Virus record (IMG/VR): IMGVR_UViG_3300042294_003246
Reading direction: 5' to 3' (one strand)
DNA from: a virus
Taxonomy: Duplodnaviria; Caudoviricetes
Length of the DNA stretch: 64,000 nucleotides
The notes under the pieces are model-generated. The model saw only the letters and a list, made by a program, of their open reading frames with translations. It had not been told where the DNA came from and searched no databases. How positions within the stretch are numbered: position 1 is the first letter of the stretch; every line of letters begins with the position of its first letter. The translations under genes and the position numbers were made by a program. Below, in pieces: positions 57,830 through 64,000 of this stretch.

Positions 57830-58489
57830 ATGAGTAAAAAGAAAAATCCTGAGTTAAAAGAGGGTGATCGCATTGTTTTAATCTACATGCCAGGTGAAGA
57901 TATTGATACAGGAACCAAAGGAAGGGTTAAAAGTATTGGTCAAGCACCATCTTTCGGGGAATCACCTAGTTATATGTATAATGTAGAGTGGTTAGATGAC
58001 GATGGTAAGGTAATTAGCACCCTTTCTTTACTTCCTGAGGCCGATTCTTGGATATTAGATCCCGAATTTACTCAAAATGACCTAAATGAGGCCAAAAATC
58101 GTGTAATAACTGACTTAGATGAGTTAATTAGACGACATGAGTGGTCGAGACTCTTTAAAAAGTCCGATTTGAAGTATATTTTAGACTATTTGGAGGTAAT
58201 TAGACAGTTAGGTGTGGTAAATATGTTCCAATCAGGTCAATTTTTAGGTCAAACTAAAGATTATTTAACAAAATACTTTGATTTATACCGAATGCAACGT
58301 GAATTAGACGATAATGATGAAGAAAAAATAGAAAAAATCTTAGAAATGTCTGAAAACGTAAGAAATATCATGATTTCAGCCGCAATTACCGATTTAGAGC
58401 AAAAAAATGTAGAAATTACAGGTAGATCAGCAACAAATAGGGTAAATAAACTAACAACTGAACTTGTAAAACACTTTATGGGTAGATAA
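57830..58489 (+). CDS. two-module protein (DUF4314-like + DUF5049-like)
   Basis: GDRIVL..M...GTKGRV..YNVEW..LSL; linker LNEA; IRQLGVVNMF. Confidence 0.45.
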   Translation: MSKKKNPELKEGDRIVLIYMPGEDIDTGTKGRVKSIGQAPSFGESPSYMYNVEWLDDDGKVISTLSLLPEADSWILDPEFTQNDLNEAKNRVITDLDELIRRHEWSRLFKKSDLKYILDYLEVIRQLGVVNMFQSGQFLGQTKDYLTKYFDLYRMQRELDDNDEEKIEKILEMSENVRNIMISAAITDLEQKNVEITGRSATNRVNKLTTELVKHFMGR

Positions 58490-58561
58490 TCGTGTTTTTT
58501 TTACCTAAAAACTTGATTATATCACAAAAATTGACGATTTTTTCATAAAAACACACATATT

Positions 58562-58855
58562 ATGACATTATTATCAATTTCTTTATTAGTTTTTAGTATT
58601 ATTATCCTTTTTACTACCATTTTATTCATTATTTGGTGGAAAAAATACGGAAAATCACTATTTTCTACCCTAAAAGACCTAAAAAACATGCAAAATCCGT
58701 CAAATTTCGTTCAAAATCTTGGAAATTTGGATAATTTAGAGGATTTTTATCAAAATATTGGTAATTTTGGGGGTCAAATGGGTAATTTTAACGAAAATAT
58801 TACTAAATTTAACCAAAGAATGAGTGAAATTGGTAAAAAAATGGGTCAAAAGTAG
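58562..58855 (+). CDS. single-pass membrane protein
   Basis: Hydrophobic N-terminus, WWKKY stop-transfer, N/F/G-rich tail. Confidence 0.68.
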   Translation: MTLLSISLLVFSIIILFTTILFIIWWKKYGKSLFSTLKDLKNMQNPSNFVQNLGNLDNLEDFYQNIGNFGGQMGNFNENITKFNQRMSEIGKKMGQK

Positions 58856-58910
58856 ATAAAAACACCGAAAAAAGACCTATTTTAGGTCGTTTTTTGTCTC
58901 TATATATACA

Positions 58911-58937
58911 AAAAAACCCCCTATTTTGGGGGTTTTT
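58911..58937. terminator. bidirectional terminator
   Basis: AAAAAACCCCC-TATTTT-GGGGGTTTTT; second hairpin at 58868-58895. Confidence 0.85.
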
Positions 58938-58957
58938 ACGTTAAAATAGGGGTATTT

Positions 58958-59206
58958 TTACTCGTTTTCAGGATTATCTTCTTTAAAGAAATTGGTTAAA
59001 AACTTACCAACAACACCAAATATAATAGACGATACTATCATAGACTTTATTTCTAAGGGTGTAAATATGTCTTTTAAGTTGTCGAATTGCCATAAACCAC
59101 CTATCGCAAGAACAGAAGCGATTGCCAATAAAGAATCACCCCATTTTCTCCATTTTTTGGGTGTTGGTTTCCAATAATCACTAGTCATTTTTTTTAACTT
59201 TGTCAT
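58958..59206 (-). CDS. holin-like two-TM protein
   Basis: YWKPTPKKWRKWGD followed by two hydrophobic helices. Confidence 0.45.
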   Translation of the reverse strand: MTKLKKMTSDYWKPTPKKWRKWGDSLLAIASVLAIGGLWQFDNLKDIFTPLEIKSMIVSSIIFGVVGKFLTNFFKEDNPENE

Positions 59207-59207
59207 T

Positions 59208-59735
59208 TTAGATTCCTTTAATAAGGTTTATTGATTGTTTTAGGTATTCTTTAGCTCTTGGGGACGGAGTATATTCATCATCCTTAGTTTGAAGGTTTAA
59301 AACCCTTTCAATGTCCTTAACTAACTCAGTTCCGTGTTCATTTTCTTTATATAACTCGATGATCTTATCCATGGCTTTATTGCATTCACCTGTAGTCTCG
59401 TCATAATAGTTTTTATTCCTAAACTTATTCAAATGATTCATCATTTCATATGCCAAATGTGTTCCACCGTCTTTAATGTCTTTAAACAAACGGATATTAT
59501 TCAAAATCCCTAAAGTATCAACCATAGAGTTAACCCCTGTAATTCTTTTGGTAATCCCTGGTGTGTATTTATCAAATTCACCCGCTCTCCCGACTATTTC
59601 GTCTAGAGGCATAACATTTTCAGGAATACACTTAGGTTTTTCCTTTTTATTTTTTTTTCCTTCCATTTCGTTTTCTAAAAGAACTTTTCTAATGACTCTA
59701 TTTAGGTCACGGTTATTAAATTGATTTCGTTTCAT
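59208..59735 (-). CDS. leader family protein
   Basis: NRDLNRVIRKVLLEN. Confidence 0.7.
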   Translation of the reverse strand: MKRNQFNNRDLNRVIRKVLLENEMEGKKNKKEKPKCIPENVMPLDEIVGRAGEFDKYTPGITKRITGVNSMVDTLGILNNIRLFKDIKDGGTHLAYEMMNHLNKFRNKNYYDETTGECNKAMDKIIELYKENEHGTELVKDIERVLNLQTKDDEYTPSPRAKEYLKQSINLIKGI

Positions 59736-59789
59736 CTTATAATATATTTTAAAAACTTTAAGTATTTATAATAATAAATATTAGATAAT

Positions 59790-60161
59790 ATGAAAAATAT
59801 TAATGACATTATAAGGAAAGTATTGATTGAGTCATTTTTAAGACCTAAGTTTATTTTTGAGGATTTCTATGGGTCGGTTGAAGATGTTGATTTTTTAAAT
59901 GAAGCCGAATATCAAGGAAGAAAAGTTCAACTTGGTAAAATAATGCAGGGTGACGTAAAAAAGTTTAAGGTTTATGTTAAAAATGACAAAGGTAAAGTTG
60001 TTAAAGTTAATTTTGGTTTTGGTGGTAAATCAGCAAAAGGGAAAAGAATGGTTATTAAAAAAAATAACCCAGAAAGACGACGATCTTTCAGAGCAAGACA
60101 CAATTGCGATAATCCTGGACCAAGATGGAAACCAAGATATTGGGCTTGTAGAACTTGGTAA
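59790..60161 (+). CDS. leader + basic Cys module protein (DUF6321-like)
   Basis: IIRKVLIES...FLNE-AEYQGRKV...RRSFRARHNC..RYWAC; TATTTATA at 59763-70. Confidence 0.72.
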   Translation: MKNINDIIRKVLIESFLRPKFIFEDFYGSVEDVDFLNEAEYQGRKVQLGKIMQGDVKKFKVYVKNDKGKVVKVNFGFGGKSAKGKRMVIKKNNPERRRSFRARHNCDNPGPRWKPRYWACRTW

Positions 60162-60225
60162 TAAATAACTAAATTAACACAATTTTATTTTGGGTAATTA
60201 TTTTTTAGCAAAAAAAATAGATTTA

Positions 60226-60813
60226 ATGGAGAGTTATAGATATGACTCATTAGTTCGACAGATTATAAAGGATATTGTTCTTATGTATAAAAAAGAATCT
60301 GACGGGCATTTTTATTTACCCTACGATGTTGATGAAGAGTCTGACGAATACGACTTTAAAGACATATTTGTTTCTGTTGAATTAATTTTGGAAGAGTCAA
60401 ATACGGTTGACGATTTTTTATTAAACGCCGATTTTTATCCCGATGATGATACTATTGTTGTAAAAATAGTATATAATCCAGAATTTAAAACTAAAAATAT
60501 CTACAACATGGTCGGAGAATTAAACGAACTCATTGCACACGAACTTAGACATAGTCACCAAAAAAATACCGGTCTATTTGATTTGGATTCTGACATGGAT
60601 GTTGATGAAGAAAAAGGTTTCGAGTATTATACAAGACCTGAGGAAATTGACGCTCAATATTACGGATTCAAAAGAATGTCAAAAATCACAAAAAAACCTT
60701 TCGATGAATTAGTTAAAAATTGGTTCAAAAAGTATAAGGATGTTCATCAAATGGATGATTCTGAAGTTGAAGAAACTGTATCGATGATATTAAATTACAG
60801 ACCTAAGATTTAA
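60226..60813 (+). CDS. HExxH zinc-metalloprotease-like protein
   Basis: LIAHELRHSHQ...EEIDA; ATG 60226. Confidence 0.55.
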   Translation: MESYRYDSLVRQIIKDIVLMYKKESDGHFYLPYDVDEESDEYDFKDIFVSVELILEESNTVDDFLLNADFYPDDDTIVVKIVYNPEFKTKNIYNMVGELNELIAHELRHSHQKNTGLFDLDSDMDVDEEKGFEYYTRPEEIDAQYYGFKRMSKITKKPFDELVKNWFKKYKDVHQMDDSEVEETVSMILNYRPKI

Positions 60814-61423
60814 ACCTATCTATAATCTTTTTGACTAGCATATAAACAATATGTGATGTAAAAATCCCGCCTAAATAGTGTCCTACACCCATCGCTAATA
60901 ATTTAATTTGTTTTTCACCTATTGATAAATCTGAAAGATCTTTCAATATTGGAACTAATGGGACCAAAAACGTGTAGGCGATCATATTAGAGACTTTTGA
61001 AAAAGTTAAATTCAAACTTTCTAAAAAACCGAAAAGAGCATCTCTTAAATCATAGGATTTTGAAAGTGCTCTATCAAAAAACGTAATTAATTTTTTTTCT
61101 TTTATTAGTTCTAACACCTCACGTAATTTTTCCTTATTCGAGGAAAAAAAAGTTAAAATTATACCAAAAGATATTAGGGTTATGTCTGTTTCTGTTAGGT
61201 TTGGATATCTACCACTCATATATTTTGAAACAGGTCCCACAAATCCCCCTATTACAGAACCCCAAGTTCCCAAAAAAACAAAATCAATTCCAAATTGTTT
61301 TTTTACGTCTTCGATAATTTTTTTTGTAAAGTTTTTCGAATTAGTAAAAATATCCGACATGGCATTTTCTTTAGATTCTTGTAGAACTTTAATGTATTGC
61401 GATTCTGTTAAAATTATATCCAT
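60803..61423 (-). CDS. leader family membrane protein
   Basis: MDIILTESQYIKVLQES; several hydrophobic segments. Confidence 0.7.
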   Translation of the reverse strand: MDIILTESQYIKVLQESKENAMSDIFTNSKNFTKKIIEDVKKQFGIDFVFLGTWGSVIGGFVGPVSKYMSGRYPNLTETDITLISFGIILTFFSSNKEKLREVLELIKEKKLITFFDRALSKSYDLRDALFGFLESLNLTFSKVSNMIAYTFLVPLVPILKDLSDLSIGEKQIKLLAMGVGHYLGGIFTSHIVYMLVKKIIDRFKS

Positions 61424-61535
61424 ACTATATGTAAATATCTTTATATGGAATAATAATTTATAAATTATAAACTTAAATTATATTTCTATTTTAATTTATA
61501 TCGTAGTTGAGATATTTATATAAAAAAATATAGTT

Positions 61536-62150
61536 ATGAATTCATACTTTTTTAAAATGAACAAACAAGAAAGAGAGAACATCTTGGATCAACATAAACA
61601 TGTATATGATGGTTATGTAACAAAATACAATCAACAATCAAACCAATATCCTCTTTATGTTCAGGATTTGGCAAATGATAAAAATGGTATTACGGTAAAT
61701 AATAAAGGATTGGTTAAGACTTATACTAACGTAGGTATTAATGAAGGTCTTTTAGATATGATTGCCGATGGGCCTATGGACTTAGAAAACGGAACGATAG
61801 ATATTGATAGTGTGAGTCAAACAAATTCAATCAATAAAAAAATGTTGGACCAATATTATCCATCACCCAACGAGGAAGAAGAAGAATTTGTAACCTATGG
61901 TAAAATCTCAGATGAAGAGGACATACCAAACACAAGCTTACAAAACTTAGATAGGTTTGAATATGATATTGACGAACTTGAGGACTATTCAGCGAGCAAA
62001 GATTATGACAATACAGACGAAGAATATTTAACTTACAGTGAAAGACTACAAGATACACTACAAAATGTTGATGAAGAAATACTACCTGAATTAGTTCAAC
62101 AATTGTATGAGTCGAGACACATGTTCGAAAGATTCAAAAAATACAACTAA
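61536..62150 (+). CDS. leader family acidic protein
   Basis: MNKQERENILDQH...GINE; TATTTATA at 61513-20. Confidence 0.7.
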   Translation: MNSYFFKMNKQERENILDQHKHVYDGYVTKYNQQSNQYPLYVQDLANDKNGITVNNKGLVKTYTNVGINEGLLDMIADGPMDLENGTIDIDSVSQTNSINKKMLDQYYPSPNEEEEEFVTYGKISDEEDIPNTSLQNLDRFEYDIDELEDYSASKDYDNTDEEYLTYSERLQDTLQNVDEEILPELVQQLYESRHMFERFKKYN

Positions 62151-62151
62151 A

Positions 62152-62451
62152 ATGGAAATTCAAGAATTGATTTTTTTTTATCTACACGAAAACACAAACA
62201 CCATAGAAGTTCAATTTAGATTAAATGTCGATTCTGAGGATGAAATTAGAATTGATAATATCAATTTAAATGAGGCTTCTGATTTTGGTTATGATTTGAT
62301 ATTAGAGGAAATTGAATCATATGACGATGATGACGAAGAAAATTTATATTGGTTTGATTCCCCATCAATTGACGAAGACAATCTAATTAGTTTTCTAAAT
62401 GAATATTATATAGTGAGCCCCGAAAAACTACCAAAACCCGAGTTAATCTAA
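62152..62451 (+). CDS. acidic hypothetical protein
   Basis: ATG 62152, 1 nt after previous stop. Confidence 0.65.
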   Translation: MEIQELIFFYLHENTNTIEVQFRLNVDSEDEIRIDNINLNEASDFGYDLILEEIESYDDDDEENLYWFDSPSIDEDNLISFLNEYYIVSPEKLPKPELI

Positions 62452-62948
62452 GGACCAACTCGAGTTAAAAACATGGTTGTGGTTTCACCACTGCTGTTTG
62501 AACCATAATCATAGCTTCCTGATGTTCTAATAACAAGACTTTCAGGACCATCATCAATTATTTTCCAAACTCTACGAGTTCCATCGTAATCAAAAACAAT
62601 ATATCCCAAATCATATACGTTTCTTTGACCATGAACGTAATATGTGAATTTTTTAGTCCAAGTTGTCCCACCACTGGGTAAATCAATAGGATAGAAATAA
62701 ATTACAGAATAGTCCAAAGCAAGTCTTGTAAACCCAACCTCAATAGAATCCAAAGGTTTTGTTTCACTTTCATTTACGTAAAGCGTTCCGGGGTAAAAAA
62801 CTTGGTTCAACCCTGAATAGTCTCGGTTTTCATAAGTAATTTTATCTATACGATATTCTCCACTTAAACTAAGAAGTGGTGGTTGTGCATACTTTACACA
62901 AGAGCTTATAACAAGAGATAAAATAAGAATTGATAAAATGTTTTTCAT
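62448..62948 (-). CDS. lipoprotein
   Basis: MKNILSILILSLVISS-C lipobox; TATATTTG at 62972-62965. Confidence 0.8.
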   Translation of the reverse strand: MKNILSILILSLVISSCVKYAQPPLLSLSGEYRIDKITYENRDYSGLNQVFYPGTLYVNESETKPLDSIEVGFTRLALDYSVIYFYPIDLPSGGTTWTKKFTYYVHGQRNVYDLGYIVFDYDGTRRVWKIIDDGPESLVIRTSGSYDYGSNSSGETTTMFLTRVGP

Positions 62949-63011
62949 ATGGTTTTAATTTCTACAAATATAAATATATTTTTTTAATTACAAGGACTAT
63001 TTATTAAAAAA

Positions 63012-63245
63012 ATGGAATTAGACGAAATAATTTATTTACTGAAAAGATATACAACAACCGAATCGAAAGATGAGATTGGAGAACAAGATGCTGGAGGATC
63101 GGGAGGTGGTGGCGGAGCTGCTTATCCTACGGTTACAAAATGGGAAACAGGACTAACGAGAAGTGTTGCAAATCAAATAGATTATAAGGCTAAGTGGAAA
63201 GATTTGAACAAACTGACTAGAGGGAAGGCAAATACTTTATTATAA
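63012..63245 (+). CDS. small leader-type protein
   Basis: EIGEQ then GGSGGGGG, KWETGLTR, RGKAN; TATTTATT at 62998. Confidence 0.68.
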   Translation: MELDEIIYLLKRYTTTESKDEIGEQDAGGSGGGGGAAYPTVTKWETGLTRSVANQIDYKAKWKDLNKLTRGKANTLL

Positions 63246-63275
63246 ACATTTTTTAATGATATTTATAAAAAAACT

Positions 63276-64000
63276 ATGAACTACAATAATTTAAAATTGG
63301 TCGGTATATCTCACGATGTAAAATATATTTTTACAAATGAGGGTATATTAGAGACCAATTCTTTTTTTTCAAATTCCAAAACAAATTTAATCGAATATTC
63401 TTACGAAAACCTTCACTTAGGTATTCAAATGTTAAAGGAACATTATTCGACATTTTATAAGGCGAATCAAATATCTCTTATAGAGTATTCCAATTCACCT
63501 AGAAGATCTTTATATAGATTACTCGAGATCTTTGAATTGAAAAACTACACAACCATTATAAAGGAATGGGAAGAAGTTTATGGAAACAAATTACTTCTAA
63601 TCAATGAATCAGTAGATAAACTACTTGTTGAAAGTAGGGTAAATGATGCTTGGAATAGTATCTCAAACATTTTACATGAAAATATGATTGGGGATTTCTT
63701 TAGTGACCCTATTGGATCAATCGGTAGAGGTGTAAAAAATGTTGGTAGTTGGGTTTACGATCAAGGAAAAAAGGCCGTTGATTGGACTGTAGATCAGGCA
63801 AAACAAATTAGAGATAAAGGATTTTTTACATGGGCAGGAGAAAAAGTTAGTAACGCTTGGAATTATGTTAAAGATGCGGTTGCAAGGGCATGGAATTGTT
63901 TAACAAATAATTTCTTTGAGTGTTTAATGGAGGGAATTAGAGACGCATCATTTTCTGCCGTGGGAATGGGAGTTATGACCGCAATTTCATTTATTCCTGG
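63276..64000 (+). CDS. large protein, 3'-partial (not in track)
   Basis: MNYNNLKLVGIS... open to window end; LINES, LLVES, ILHEN sites; TATTTATA at 63260-67. Confidence 0.75.
   Translation, partial: MNYNNLKLVGISHDVKYIFTNEGILETNSFFSNSKTNLIEYSYENLHLGIQMLKEHYSTFYKANQISLIEYSNSPRRSLYRLLEIFELKNYTTIIKEWEEVYGNKLLLINESVDKLLVESRVNDAWNSISNILHENMIGDFFSDPIGSIGRGVKNVGSWVYDQGKKAVDWTVDQAKQIRDKGFFTWAGEKVSNAWNYVKDAVARAWNCLTNNFFECLMEGIRDASFSAVGMGVMTAISFIP

Noticed and set aside
862-62058. Many 60-150 aa alternative-frame or antisense ORFs in the track (e.g. 862, 7333-, 11305-, 12061+, 33821-, 59476+)
   Set aside because: They overlap better-supported genes and have shadow-frame composition with no start context.
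1-64000. Stop-codon recoding as in some large Bacteroidota phages
   Set aside because: Code 11 gives full-length known proteins and dense packing; TAG and TGA end genes normally.
1-64000. Diversity-generating retroelement or retron
   Set aside because: No reverse transcriptase motif and no template/variable repeat pair seen.
1-64000. Host chromosome or eukaryotic giant-virus origin
   Set aside because: uvrC, umuDC and T9SS genes sit among phage-type orphans and homing endonucleases; bacterial promoters, terminators and peptidoglycan hydrolases argue against a eukaryotic virus.

Overview
Very AT-rich, gene-dense segment (about 105 CDS, nearly all on +) best read as part of a large lytic dsDNA phage of Bacteroidota, probably a Flavobacteriales-like host. 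Host evidence: Bacteroidota TTTG-N20-TAnnTTTG promoters, no Shine-Dalgarno sites, signal peptides cleaved before Gln, lipoproteins and type IX secretion (T9SS) C-terminal domains. Phage evidence: peptidoglycan hydrolases, thyA between two GIY-YIG endonucleases, HNH endonucleases and many short orphan genes. No capsid, terminase or polymerase gene lies in the window, so the taxonomy is inferred. Recognisable genes: thyA, endolysin, GH24 lysozyme, metallophosphoesterase, ferritin-like protein, a 7-gene glycosylation cluster, uvrC, umuD/umuC, DNA methyltransferase, rmlD and an FKBP PPIase. No tRNA, rRNA, CRISPR array or reverse transcriptase was seen. Best leads: (1) about 30 genes with unrelated bodies share N-terminal leaders ending in [LIV]-x-E, like a T4 capsid-targeting/prohead-protease signal, and many sit behind a TATTTAT(A/T) motif; (2) a three-gene split adhesin whose first two parts end in PI(N/S)HN and which is collinear with a single-chain T9SS protein 27 kb away; (3) a 2.7-kb mostly non-coding island (42.5-45.2 kb) of nested inverted repeats, orphan promoters and shared motifs in front of two paralogous HNH genes; (4) a repeated terminator-promoter unit bracketing a candidate restriction-modification cassette. 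Family names are from motif recall; no searches were run.
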